Shown: positions 48,031-57,965, counted from the stretch's first letter. The stretch: DNA of 64,000 nucleotides from an uncultured beta proteobacterium (GCA_963813415.1 CAWEYW010000008.1:98170-162169); one strand, 5' to 3'. The notes: generated by a model not told the origin, from the letters alone. Made by a program: numbers and translations.

Positions 48031-49506
48031 ATGCCCGAGCTACTCGACAACACCGGATCCGACACCCACGCCCCGCACGCGAACGTGCAGGACGCGCTGG
48101 TGGAAGTCACCGCGCTGCTGCGGCGGCACCGGCTGGTCGAAGGATTGGTGCAGCAGCAGTTCGAGCACGCCGCAGCCGGCGGGCAGGGCGATCTCGTCGA
48201 CAGCGCCGTCTACCGGGAGAACAAGGCCGAGCTGCAGCGTCGCCTCGATCGGCTGCATCCGGCGGACATCGCCTACATCCTCGAGGCGCTGCCGCGCGAC
48301 GAGCGGCTCTACATCTGGGACCTCGTCAAGGCCGAGCGCGACGGCGACATCCTGCTCGAAGTCTCCGATGCCGTCCGCGAATCGCTCATCTCCTCGATGG
48401 ATACCGAGGAGCTCGTCGCCGCGACCGAGAGTCTCGACGCCGACGAGATCGCCGAGCTCGCGCCGGACCTCCCGCAGGAGGTCATGGACGATGTCTTCCA
48501 GAGCCTGTCGGTCGAGGAGCGCGAGCAGCTGCGAGCCGCCATGTCCTTCGAGGAGGACATGGTCGGTGCGCTGATGGATTTCGACGACGTCTCGGTCCGT
48601 CCTGACGTGACCCTCGAAGTCGTCCTGCGTTACCTCCGGCGCTTCGACGAGCTGCCGAGCCAGACCGACCAGCTCTTCGTCGTGGACCGGGGCGAGCATC
48701 TCCTGGGCGTGCTGCCGGTCAACAAGCTCCTCGTCACCGATCCCGATGCCACGGTGCAGCAGGTCATGGCGCCCGCCGCGGTCACGCTCCTGCAGCACGC
48801 CAAGGCCGATGAGGCCGCGAGCTCGTTCGAGCGTTACGACCTCGTCTCCGCGCCCGTGATCGATACCAACGGCAAGCTCGTCGGGCGGGTGACCGTGGAC
48901 GAGATCCTCGACTTCGTGCGCGAGCGCGGGCACGAGGAGCTGCTCGCGGTGGGCGGCCTGCGCGAGGAGGAGGACGTCTTCGCCTCCGTGTGGGCATCGT
49001 TTCGCAACCGCTGGGCGTGGCTGGCGATCAACCTCGTGACGGCTTTCATCGCCTCGCGGGTGATCGGGCTCTTCGAAGGCTCCATCCAGAAACTCGTGGC
49101 GCTTGCCGCGCTGATGCCGATCGTGGCGGGGATCGGTGGCAACTCGGGCAACCAGACCATCACGATGATCGTGCGCGCCGCCGCGCTCGGCCAGGTCAGC
49201 GTGCAGAACGCGAGGCAGCTCATCCGCAAGGAGATCATGGTGAGCCTCGTGAACGGCCTCGTCTGGGGCGGCGTGATGGGCCTGATCGCGATGCTGCTCT
49301 ACAAGGATATTTCGCTCGGGCTCGTCATGGTGCTCGCGATGACCCTCAACCTGATCCTCGCCGCGATGATGGGCGTGCTCATCCCCACGACGATGATGAA
49401 GTTCGGGCGCGATCCGGCCCTCGGCTCCTCCGTCCTGATCACCGCAGTGACCGACTCCGGCGGCTTTTTCATCTTCCTCGGCCTCGCGACGCTGTTCCTG
49501 GTCTGA
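48031..49506 (+). CDS. mgtE: magnesium transporter MgtE
   Basis: N-domain, tandem CBS region, and TM domain with MPIVAGIGGNSGNQT. Confidence 0.95.
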   Translation: MPELLDNTGSDTHAPHANVQDALVEVTALLRRHRLVEGLVQQQFEHAAAGGQGDLVDSAVYRENKAELQRRLDRLHPADIAYILEALPRDERLYIWDLVKAERDGDILLEVSDAVRESLISSMDTEELVAATESLDADEIAELAPDLPQEVMDDVFQSLSVEEREQLRAAMSFEEDMVGALMDFDDVSVRPDVTLEVVLRYLRRFDELPSQTDQLFVVDRGEHLLGVLPVNKLLVTDPDATVQQVMAPAAVTLLQHAKADEAASSFERYDLVSAPVIDTNGKLVGRVTVDEILDFVRERGHEELLAVGGLREEEDVFASVWASFRNRWAWLAINLVTAFIASRVIGLFEGSIQKLVALAALMPIVAGIGGNSGNQTITMIVRAAALGQVSVQNARQLIRKEIMVSLVNGLVWGGVMGLIAMLLYKDISLGLVMVLAMTLNLILAAMMGVLIPTTMMKFGRDPALGSSVLITAVTDSGGFFIFLGLATLFLV

Positions 49507-49642
49507 GCCAGCGACGCCGGTGCGCCAGTTGGGCGTGCCGGGCAAGCGCGCTACACTGCCCAGCGGGCCGGCCGGAATAGGCCTGCTCGCAACGCTGTTT
49601 ATCGTGTGTCGCACCTTTCGAACAATTCCAGGGGAGATTCCG

Positions 49643-50014
49643 ATGAGCCTTTCGTTGCGCCAGATTGCCGCGATCTTCGTGGCCCTTCTTTGTTCCGGCA
49701 TTGCACTTGCCCAGGCACCGGTCAAGACGACCGCCGGCGTGCTCACCAACACCAGCGGCATGACGCTGTACGTATTCGACAAGGACGCCGGCGGCAAGAG
49801 CGCGTGCAATGGCCCATGCGCCGGGATCTGGCCGCCGCTGATGGCTGCCGGCGATGCCAAGCCCAGCGGTGACTGGACCATCATCACCCGCGACGACGGC
49901 GCGAAGCAATGGGCGTACAAGGCGAAGCCGGTGTACCTGTACTCCAAGGACGGCAAGGCGGGTGACAAGACCGGCGACAACTTCAACAACGTATGGCACG
50001 TCGCCAAGCCCTAG
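49643..50014 (+). CDS. secreted protein with Y-x-F/Y-x-x-D repeat motifs (COG4315-like)
   Basis: Trimmed to ATG 49643. Signal peptide, then MTLYVFDKD and PVYLYSKDGKAGD repeats plus CNGPCAGIWPP. Confidence 0.65.
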   Translation: MSLSLRQIAAIFVALLCSGIALAQAPVKTTAGVLTNTSGMTLYVFDKDAGGKSACNGPCAGIWPPLMAAGDAKPSGDWTIITRDDGAKQWAYKAKPVYLYSKDGKAGDKTGDNFNNVWHVAKP

Positions 50015-50128
50015 CGACATGCGGGCAGCGCGTTCGAGCATGCGGCGATGTGGGGCAGGTTTTGGCCTGGAGCTGGTGCGGTCCTGCGGGTCGGGCTCCA
50101 ACCTGACGCGTTCGACGGCCACTGAAGC

Positions 50129-50671
50129 ATGCTGAAAGGCGCTGCCGACCCCCCGCCGCTGCCGCACCCGGAGCTGCTCGCGGCGATTCCGCGCCTGCGC
50201 CGTTACGCGCGCGTGCTGACCGGCGATGGCACGCGTGCCGACGATCTCGTTCAGGACACGCTGGCGAGGGCCTGGGAGAAGCGGCGGCTCTGGCAGGCTG
50301 GCACGGACCTGCGCGCGTGGCTGTTCACGATCATGCACAACGTCTACGTCAACCAGCTCTCGATCGCCCGTCGCGACGCGGCCAACGTGTCGCTCGACAG
50401 CGAGGGCGCGCACGCCGCATGGCAGGTTCCCGTGCGTGCCAACCAGCTCGAGCGCGTGGAGCTGCTCGAGATCATGCAGCAGATGGGCCGACTGCCGCCG
50501 GACCAGCGCGAGGTCCTGTTGCTCGCGGCCGTGGAAGAGATGCAATACGACGAGATCGCAGCCATGCTCGACGTGCCGATGGGCACCGTGATGTCGCGGC
50601 TTTCCCGCGCGCGCGCCAAGCTGCGCCATCTGGTCGACGAACCGTCGTCGGCGCTGCGGGTGGTGCGATGA
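50129..50671 (+). CDS. ECF-type RNA polymerase sigma-70 factor
   Basis: Region 2 (DDLVQDTLARAW..., WLFTIMHNVYVNQ) and region 4 (YDEIAAMLDVPMGTVMSRLSRAR). Confidence 0.9.
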   Translation: MLKGAADPPPLPHPELLAAIPRLRRYARVLTGDGTRADDLVQDTLARAWEKRRLWQAGTDLRAWLFTIMHNVYVNQLSIARRDAANVSLDSEGAHAAWQVPVRANQLERVELLEIMQQMGRLPPDQREVLLLAAVEEMQYDEIAAMLDVPMGTVMSRLSRARAKLRHLVDEPSSALRVVR

Positions 50672-51471
50672 GCACGAACCCCGCACCCTACGACGAGGCC
50701 GACGTGCATGCTTATGCCGACGGCTGCCTGCCCTCGGCACGCATGGAGTCCTTCGAGACGGCACTGCAGCGCGACCCAGCGCTGGCCGCGCGCGTGGCGG
50801 AGATCCGCGTGCAGAGCGCCGATCTGCGCGCGGCACTCGATTCGATCCTGAGCGAGCCGATTCCGGAGCGGTTGCTGATCGCCGCCAGCCCGCCGTCGCG
50901 GGTGGCCATGCTGCGCCGGCGCTTGCGTGCGGGTGCGCCGGCATTCGCCGCTGCCGCGATGCTGGTGATCGGCGTCGCGATCGGCTGGTTCGGCCGCACC
51001 CTCGACATCGAGGCGCAGGGCGTGCCGACCACCTTCCCGCGCCAGGCGGCCTTCACGCATGCGTTGTACGCCGCCGACGTGAACCGTCCCGTGGAGGTCT
51101 GGGCGGGCGAGGAGCAACGGCTGGTCACCTGGCTCACGAAACGTCTGGGGCGTCCGGTGCACGCGCCGGACCTCAACCAGTTCGGCTATGCGCTGGTCGG
51201 CGGGCGGCTCGTTGCCGGCAACGAACGGCCCACGGCACTGTTCATGTACGAGAACGCCGATCGGCGGCGGCTTTCGCTGCAGGTGCGCAAGGATCCGACC
51301 CATGGCGATACCGCCTTCCGTTACGCGATCGAGGATGGCGTCGGCATCTTCTACTGGATCGACGACCAGTGCAGCTACGCGCTGACCGGCAATCTCGACC
51401 GCGGCCAGCTCCTCGCCATGGCCCGTCTCGTCTACGGTCAGCTCGCCGCGCTCGACAATCCGCCGCACTGA
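50668..51471 (+). CDS. anti-sigma factor (single-pass membrane protein)
   Basis: ATGA overlap with the sigma gene. N-terminal anti-sigma-like helix region (HAYADGCLP) and a central TM (AFAAAAMLVIGVAIGWF). Confidence 0.75.
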   Translation: MSTNPAPYDEADVHAYADGCLPSARMESFETALQRDPALAARVAEIRVQSADLRAALDSILSEPIPERLLIAASPPSRVAMLRRRLRAGAPAFAAAAMLVIGVAIGWFGRTLDIEAQGVPTTFPRQAAFTHALYAADVNRPVEVWAGEEQRLVTWLTKRLGRPVHAPDLNQFGYALVGGRLVAGNERPTALFMYENADRRRLSLQVRKDPTHGDTAFRYAIEDGVGIFYWIDDQCSYALTGNLDRGQLLAMARLVYGQLAALDNPPH

Positions 51472-51582
51472 GAATGCGCGTTGCGCGTGCCAGCGTGCCG
51501 CATTGCGCCGGCGCGGCCTTGCCGCTATCGTGACGTTCCCGCATCTGCGCCCTGACATCGTGCCCGGCCGTCATCGATCATC

Positions 51583-52365
51583 ATGCCCGAACCCAAGCTC
51601 ATCACGCTCCGCGGCCGACCCATCGCGGGCGGCCGTCATCCTCTGATCTGCACCCCGCTGGTAGGCACGACCGCGGAAGCCATCGGCGGCGAGCTCGGCG
51701 CCGTCATGCCCAAGCAGCCCGACATCATCGAATGGCGCGTCGACTTCTTTCACGCCATTGCGGACACGGCGGCGGTGCTGGAGACCGCACGGCGCATCAA
51801 GGCCGGCGCCGGTGAGGTGCCGGTGATCTTCACCTGCCGGTCGGTGCGCGAAGGCGGACAGACGACGCCGTGCTCGGACGCGGAGATCGTCGCACTGCTC
51901 GCCGCGGTCGCGGCGGACCGTTGCGTGGATCTCGTCGACTTCGAGATGAGCAATCGCGCCGAGGACGTGCGGCACGTCCGCGAGGTTTCGCGCACGCATG
52001 GCGTCGGACTGATCCTCTCGTATCACAACTTCCAGACCACGCCCGATGCAGCGCAGCTCGCCGCCACGTTCCGGCAGGCCGAAGCACTTGGCGGCGACGT
52101 CGCCAAGGTGGCCGTGATGCCGCGTGGGTTGCACGATGTGCTGACGCTGCTGGAGGCCACGCTGCAGGCGAGCGAGTCCCTGGGGATACCGGTGATGAGC
52201 ATGTCGATGGGCGCCTACGGCTCGCTGTCGCGCATGATCGGCTGGGCGTTCGGCTCGGTGATCACCTTCGCGGTCGGCCAGAGCAGCTCGGCGCCGGGGC
52301 AGATCCCGATCGAGGACCTGCGCACCGCACTCGCCATCGCGCAGCGCGCCGTCAGGGGCGCCTAG
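51583..52365 (+). CDS. aroD: type I 3-dehydroquinate dehydratase
   Basis: DIIEWRVDFF, ILSYHNFQTTP (His), and GGDVAKVAVMP (Schiff-base Lys context). Confidence 0.85.
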   Translation: MPEPKLITLRGRPIAGGRHPLICTPLVGTTAEAIGGELGAVMPKQPDIIEWRVDFFHAIADTAAVLETARRIKAGAGEVPVIFTCRSVREGGQTTPCSDAEIVALLAAVAADRCVDLVDFEMSNRAEDVRHVREVSRTHGVGLILSYHNFQTTPDAAQLAATFRQAEALGGDVAKVAVMPRGLHDVLTLLEATLQASESLGIPVMSMSMGAYGSLSRMIGWAFGSVITFAVGQSSSAPGQIPIEDLRTALAIAQRAVRGA

Positions 52366-52493
52366 GCAAGCGGGCTGCGGCCCGGCGATTGTGCGGTAAT
52401 CGCCCCGTTGGGCGATAATCGGCGCGTGCTCGTCCGTGCCGTCGAACGGGGTCGGTGCGGGCCTTCGCGTCCGTTCTTCATTCGCTGCCCCCG

Positions 52494-53414
52494 ATGCCTG
52501 CCAAGCGCGCCGCCAGGAAAGTCACCCGAACGTCCCCGCCCAAGTCCGGCAAGTCCCGGCGCATCGATGCAGGCTCGGCCCAGCAACGCGGGCGTGACAC
52601 CACCGCCGCGCCCACCGTCGCCAGCGAGATCCAGGCACTCTCGGACGATCCGAACTTCATGACGTCGCTCGCGCGCGGACTCGCCGTGATCGCCGCATTC
52701 ACCGATCGCCGTCGTCGTCCGACCATCGCCGACCTGAGTCGCAAGACCGGCATTCCGCGCGCCGCGGTGCGTCGCTGTCTCTACACGCTGGGGAAGCTCG
52801 GCTATGTCGACGCCGACGCGAACACCTTTTCGTTGCAGCCGAAGATCCTCAACCTCGGCCACGCATATCTCGGGTCCGCATCGCTCGCCGTGACCGCACA
52901 GCCGTTCCTCGATCGGGTCAGCGAAGCGGTCGGCGAGTCGTGCTCGCTTGCCGTGCTCGAGCACGACGACATCCTCTACCTCGCACGCTCGGTCACCTCG
53001 CGCATCCTGTCGGTCAATCTCAACGTGGGGAGCCGCCTGCCCGCGTACTGCACATCGATCGGCCAGGTGATCCTCGCCGAGCTGGACGATGCCGAGCTTG
53101 CGCCGTACATCCGGCGTACGCGGCTGGTCGCCTACACCGACCGCACCGCTGCGTCCGCGCAGCAGTTGAAGCAGGTGCTCGAAGGCGTGCGGCGCAACGG
53201 CTATGCGATCGCCGACCAGGAGATGGAGATCGGGATTCGCTCGATCGCGGTGCCGGTGCGCGATTCGGCGGACGTGGTGATCGCCGGCATCAACGTCCTC
53301 ACCCAAGGCCTGCGCATGACGGCGCGCGAAATGAAGGCACGCATCCTCCCGCACCTCTACAGCGCTGCAGCCGATCTGGGCGCCACGCTCGCCCGCGGCG
53401 GCGCTGTTCGTTAA
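52494..53414 (+). CDS. IclR-family transcriptional regulator (PcaR/PcaU-like)
   Basis: Trimmed to ATG 52494. Basic N-terminal tail, FMTSLARGLAVIAAF...IADLSRKTGIPRAAVRRCLYTL HTH, and IclR effector domain. Confidence 0.85.
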   Translation: MPAKRAARKVTRTSPPKSGKSRRIDAGSAQQRGRDTTAAPTVASEIQALSDDPNFMTSLARGLAVIAAFTDRRRRPTIADLSRKTGIPRAAVRRCLYTLGKLGYVDADANTFSLQPKILNLGHAYLGSASLAVTAQPFLDRVSEAVGESCSLAVLEHDDILYLARSVTSRILSVNLNVGSRLPAYCTSIGQVILAELDDAELAPYIRRTRLVAYTDRTAASAQQLKQVLEGVRRNGYAIADQEMEIGIRSIAVPVRDSADVVIAGINVLTQGLRMTAREMKARILPHLYSAAADLGATLARGGAVR

Positions 53415-53663
53415 TCGCACAACCGTGCGGTGTTCGCCCTTGACCCCTCTTGGGGCGGCGCGCAAAGTTCCTTCCACGCAAGCGCACCGATAGCGCGCGC
53501 GGCACCGCAGACGCGGTTGCCGCGCCCGCCAGGGATCAAGCGGTACGCGTGTCTTGCTCGCATCCGATAGGCTTGCACGGCCGCATCGGAAACGCGGACT
53601 GCGACAGGGCGCGCCAGCCCGGCAGCCGCGGCATCGCGACCGTCAATGCTGCAGGAGGAACGC

Positions 53664-55112
53664 ATGGCCACCGTCGAACCCCGGAAAGGCATCACCGACG
53701 AGCAACAGCAGGAGCTCGACCAGGTGTTCGAGCGCGCGAGGAAGGCGCTCGCGATCATCGAAACGTACGATCAGGCGCGCGTGGATCGCCTGTGCCAGGC
53801 GGTCGCCTGGGCCGTGGCGAACAAGAAGACCTTCACGCGCCTGGTGGATATGGGCATTGCGGAAAGCGGGCTCGGCGATCCGGTGAGCCGCATGGGCAAG
53901 CGCATGAAGATCCGCGGCGTGCTGCGCGACGCCCTGCGCCAGAAAAGCGTCGGCGTCATCGAGGAGCTGCCCGAAAAAGGCATCGTGAAGTACGGGAAGC
54001 CGGCAGGGATCATCGCGTGCATCGTGCCGACCACGAACCCCGACCTCACACCCGCCGGCAACGCGATCTACGCCATCAAGGCGCGCGATGTGGTCATCTA
54101 TTCACCGCATCCGCGGTCGAAGAGGACGTCATTCGAGACCGTGCGCCTGATGCGCGAAGCGCTCGAGCGTGAAGGCGCGCCGGCCGACATCCTGCAGTGC
54201 CTGACGAAGGTCAACATCCCGATGTCGCAGGCGCTGATGGCACGCGCCGACCTGATCATTGCCACCGGCGGCCAGCCGATGGTGCGCGCAGCGTACAGCT
54301 CCGGCACGCCCGCCTACGGCGTCGGCGCGGGAAACTCGACGATGATCATCGACGAGACCGCCAACATCGAGGAAGCCGCGCGCAACACACGGCTCTCGAA
54401 GACGTCGGACTTCGGCTCCGGCTGCTCCGCCGACGGCAACCTCATCATCGAGACCGGCATCTTCGATCGCCTGCTCGCTCAACTTCAGAAGGAAGGCGGA
54501 CATCTCGCCTCCGACGCGGAGAAGGCCGCGCTGCGTCGGGTGATGTGGGACGACGAGAACCATCGTCTCCCGGACACCGTGGCGATCGCGCCGCAGCAAC
54601 TCGCCCGGGCGGCGGGATTCACCATTCCGGAAGACCGCAAGTTCATCATCGTGCACGGCGACGGCATCGGCAAGGAGCACCCGTACTCCGGCGAGAAACT
54701 GACGACCTTGCTCGCCGTGTACCGGTACGACGGCTTCGATCAGGCGCTGGCGATGATGCGTGCGATCTACGAGGTCGGCGGCAAGGGCCACTCGTGCGGC
54801 ATCTACTCGTTCGACCAGGATCACATCCATCGCCTTGCCATGGCCGCTCCCGTCAGCCGGATCATGGTGCGGCAGCCGCAATCGAAAGCGAATGCCGGCG
54901 CCTTCAACAACGGCATGCCGATGACCTCGAGTCTCGGCTGCGGCACGTGGGGCGGCAACATCGTCTCGGAGAACGTGCATCTCAAGCATTACCTGAACAC
55001 CACTTGGGTCTCCGTGCCGATCAAGGAGGACAAGCCCTCGGACGAGGAGCTCTTCGGCGACTTCTACGACCCGGCGCTGGAGATGGACGCCGCGGATCTC
55101 ATCACCACCTGA
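53664..55112 (+). CDS. aldehyde dehydrogenase, CoA-acylating type
   Basis: Trimmed to ATG 53664 (AGGAGGAACGC upstream). IVPTTNPDLTP and SKTSDFGSGCSADGN (catalytic Cys region), resembling EutE/AdhE-N/SauS-type enzymes. Confidence 0.8.
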   Translation: MATVEPRKGITDEQQQELDQVFERARKALAIIETYDQARVDRLCQAVAWAVANKKTFTRLVDMGIAESGLGDPVSRMGKRMKIRGVLRDALRQKSVGVIEELPEKGIVKYGKPAGIIACIVPTTNPDLTPAGNAIYAIKARDVVIYSPHPRSKRTSFETVRLMREALEREGAPADILQCLTKVNIPMSQALMARADLIIATGGQPMVRAAYSSGTPAYGVGAGNSTMIIDETANIEEAARNTRLSKTSDFGSGCSADGNLIIETGIFDRLLAQLQKEGGHLASDAEKAALRRVMWDDENHRLPDTVAIAPQQLARAAGFTIPEDRKFIIVHGDGIGKEHPYSGEKLTTLLAVYRYDGFDQALAMMRAIYEVGGKGHSCGIYSFDQDHIHRLAMAAPVSRIMVRQPQSKANAGAFNNGMPMTSSLGCGTWGGNIVSENVHLKHYLNTTWVSVPIKEDKPSDEELFGDFYDPALEMDAADLITT

Positions 55113-55182
55113 TCGCGGGTGTGCAACTGCTTCGGCTTCAGGCGAGGCGCGACCTCGCTTCGCGCCAACCAACCTGACATCC

Positions 55183-56040
55183 ATGGCCACCAAGACCCCC
55201 GAAGAGCTTCTCGCCGACTGCAGCGCCTGGTGGGACACCTCGATCATCGACATTCATCCGGGCGAGATCGCCATCCGCGGCTACGCGATCGAGGACCTGA
55301 TCGGACGCGTCAGCTTTCCGCAGATGATCTGGCTGATGCTGCGCGGCGAGCTGCCGACGGTGCAACAGGCGCGGCTTCTCGAGGCCGCCCTGGTCCCGGG
55401 TGTCGATCACGGGCCACACGCGCCGTCGATTGCGATCGCACGGATGGCGGTCACCTGCGGCCTGCCGGTGAATGGCGCCATGGCATCGTCCATCAACGTG
55501 CTGGACGACATCCACGGCGGCGCCGGCCAGCAATGCATGGAGCTCTATCGCGCGATCGACGCCGATGCGGGAGCCGACGGCAATCTGGTGCAGTCGGCGA
55601 CACGCGCCATCGAGCGCGAGCGCGCGTCCGGCGAGAAGATCGTGCCCGGCTTCGGCCATCGCTTCCACCCGATCGATCCCCGCACGGCGCCGCTGTTCGA
55701 GCTCGTCGAGCGAGCGCGGCAGGAAGGCGTCGTGTCCGGCCGTTTCGCGAGCATCGGCCGCGCCGTGGAAGAAGCGCTGCGCGGTATCAAGGGCAGGCAC
55801 ATCCCGATGAACATCGACGGCATCACCGCGGTGATCTTCTGCGAGCTCGGCTTCGAGCCGGAGCTCGGCCGCGGGATCTTCATCCTCTCGCGCGCGGTCG
55901 GCATTCTCGCGCATGCCTGGGAGCAGAAGCAGCGCGGCCGCCGGATCATGGGGCCGATGCCGCGGGAGATTCCCTATCGCTACAGCGGACCGCCACGGCG
56001 CGAGTTGCCCGACGAGTTCCGCAAACCGGCAGCCATGTAG
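55183..56040 (+). CDS. short citrate-synthase-fold protein (citryl-CoA lyase-like)
   Basis: 285 aa. VDHGPHAPS, DDIHGGAG and GFGHRFH, corresponding to the citrate synthase catalytic His contexts. Confidence 0.8.
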   Translation: MATKTPEELLADCSAWWDTSIIDIHPGEIAIRGYAIEDLIGRVSFPQMIWLMLRGELPTVQQARLLEAALVPGVDHGPHAPSIAIARMAVTCGLPVNGAMASSINVLDDIHGGAGQQCMELYRAIDADAGADGNLVQSATRAIERERASGEKIVPGFGHRFHPIDPRTAPLFELVERARQEGVVSGRFASIGRAVEEALRGIKGRHIPMNIDGITAVIFCELGFEPELGRGIFILSRAVGILAHAWEQKQRGRRIMGPMPREIPYRYSGPPRRELPDEFRKPAAM

Positions 56041-56088
56041 ACAAGGCGTCGGCCGCGTGACGGCACGAAAGTTCTGCAGGAGGAGCGC

Positions 56089-57867
56089 ATGAAAAAAGAC
56101 CTGATCTCCCACCAGCTCGTGAAGTACCTGGAAGGTCGCGGCGTCGAGCACATCTTCGGGTTGTGCGGCCACACCAACATCGCGGTCCTGGCGGCGCTGT
56201 CGAAGAGCACCATCAAGTTCATCAACGTGCGGCACGAGCAGATTGCGGCACACGCCGCGGACGGCTATGCGCGCGCCAGGAAGCAGACCGCCGTCGTGCT
56301 GTCGCATCTCGGCCCGGGCCTCACTAATGCCGCTACCGGGGTCGCCAATGCGGCACTCGATTCCATCCCGATGGTGGTGATCGCCGGCGATGTGCCGACG
56401 CACTATCACGGCAAGCATCCCCATCAGGAAGTGAACCTGCATTCGGATGCCTCCCAGTTCGAGATCTATCGCCCGTTCGTGAAACGTGCGTGGCGCGTGG
56501 ACCAGCCGCATCTCTTTCCGGAGATCATCGAAAAGGCGTTTGCCCTCGCCGAGAGCGGCCGCCCCGGGCCGGTGCTGGTGGACGTGCCCATGGACATCTT
56601 CTCGAAGGAGATCGACGTCGCGCTGTTCGAGCGGCTGCGCCACAACACCAAGCACGTGCACAAGCCGTCGATCGACGACAAAACCGCCGAGGAGATCGTG
56701 CGCGCATTGCTGGCGGCGAAGCATCCCTTGCTCTACGTCGGCGGCGGCGTGCTCCTCGCCGATGCGGCCGCGGAATTGCGGGCGCTGGTGGATCATCTCA
56801 GCCTGCCGGTGGCGCACACCCTGATGGGCAAAGGCGCGCTGCCCGACGACCATCCGCTGATCCTCGGCATGACGGGCTTCTGGGGTACGAAGTTCATCAA
56901 CGAGCAATGCCAGGCCGCCGACTGGGTGCTGGCGCTCGGCACGCGCTTCTCCGAAGCGGACATGAGCTCGTGGGAGCCGGAGTACACGTTCAACTTTCCG
57001 CCCGCGAAGCTGATCCAGATCGACATCGACCCGGCGGAGATCGGCCGCAATTTCCCCGTCGAGATCGGCGCGGTGGCCGATCTCAAGGAAGCCCTCGTCG
57101 TGCTGAACCGCGTGGCGCGGCGTCTCGCGCCCGAGGGGGTGAAGCGGCCGGAGCTCGTCCGGAAGATGGCGGCGGAGCGGGCGTCGTTCGTCGCCGGCAA
57201 TCGCAAGCACATGCAGAGCGACGCGTTTCCGATGCGGCCTGAACGAATTCTCGCCGACGTGCGCGAAGCGCTGCCGCGCAATGCGCTGATCACGACCGAC
57301 GTGGGCTGGAACAAGAACGGCGTCGGCCAGCAGTTTCCGATCTACGAGCCGGGCACGATCTTCACGCCGGGGGGATACGCGACGATGGGCTTCGGCGCGC
57401 CGGCCGCGGTGGGTGCGAAGATCGCCTGTCCCGATCGCGTCGTGGTGGCGCTCGTCGGGGACGGCGGCTTCGGCCAGAACCCGGCGATGCTGGCGACCGC
57501 GTTCGACGAGAACGTCGCGGTGGTGTGGGTGATCATGAACAACTGCGCGTTCGGCACCATCGCCGGACTCGAGAAGGCGCACTTCGACACGACGTTCGGC
57601 ACGGTGTTCGAGAAGAACGGCAAGCCGTACTCGCCCGATTACGCCGCGATCGCCAGGGCGTACGGCGTGGACGGCGTGAAGATCACTTCGGCCGACGCCT
57701 TCAGGCCGGCGCTCGAGGCGGCGATCGCGTCGAACCGGCCGTGCGTGATCGACGTGATGATGCAGAACGAGCCGGTGCCCACCGCGGGGCACTGGAACAT
57801 CATGGACATCTACTCGCCGGGCCAGAAGAAGAGTCACCTGAGCACTGCAGCGATCCCGGTCGACTGA
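56089..57867 (+). CDS. thiamine diphosphate-dependent enzyme (acetolactate synthase / IolD / Xsc superfamily)
   Basis: GGAGGAGCGC upstream of ATG. Pyr domain (GVEHIFGLCGHTNI...GPGLTNAATGVANA) and PP domain (GDGGFGQNPAMLATA...VVWVIMNN). Confidence 0.85.
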   Translation: MKKDLISHQLVKYLEGRGVEHIFGLCGHTNIAVLAALSKSTIKFINVRHEQIAAHAADGYARARKQTAVVLSHLGPGLTNAATGVANAALDSIPMVVIAGDVPTHYHGKHPHQEVNLHSDASQFEIYRPFVKRAWRVDQPHLFPEIIEKAFALAESGRPGPVLVDVPMDIFSKEIDVALFERLRHNTKHVHKPSIDDKTAEEIVRALLAAKHPLLYVGGGVLLADAAAELRALVDHLSLPVAHTLMGKGALPDDHPLILGMTGFWGTKFINEQCQAADWVLALGTRFSEADMSSWEPEYTFNFPPAKLIQIDIDPAEIGRNFPVEIGAVADLKEALVVLNRVARRLAPEGVKRPELVRKMAAERASFVAGNRKHMQSDAFPMRPERILADVREALPRNALITTDVGWNKNGVGQQFPIYEPGTIFTPGGYATMGFGAPAAVGAKIACPDRVVVALVGDGGFGQNPAMLATAFDENVAVVWVIMNNCAFGTIAGLEKAHFDTTFGTVFEKNGKPYSPDYAAIARAYGVDGVKITSADAFRPALEAAIASNRPCVIDVMMQNEPVPTAGHWNIMDIYSPGQKKSHLSTAAIPVD

Positions 57868-57965
57868 CTTACTGTAAAGGGGTCGCAGGAGAGGCTGCAT
57901 GTATCGGGAAAGCTCGTTTGCGGGATCGATCAGCGACGCGCAGACGTTCATTCAAAGGAGGGTTC

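Noticed and set aside
53440-53468. Sigma-70-like promoter TTGACC-17 nt-CAAAGT upstream of the ALDH gene
   Set aside because: The -10 is weak and lies ~195 nt from the ATG. A match like this is expected by chance, so I did not annotate it.
55138-57951. 937-aa minus-strand ORF
   Set aside because: It is antisense to the citryl-CoA-lyase-like and ThDP-enzyme genes, which have clear catalytic motifs and RBSs. Its composition is Arg/His/Asp-rich with no recognisable motif.
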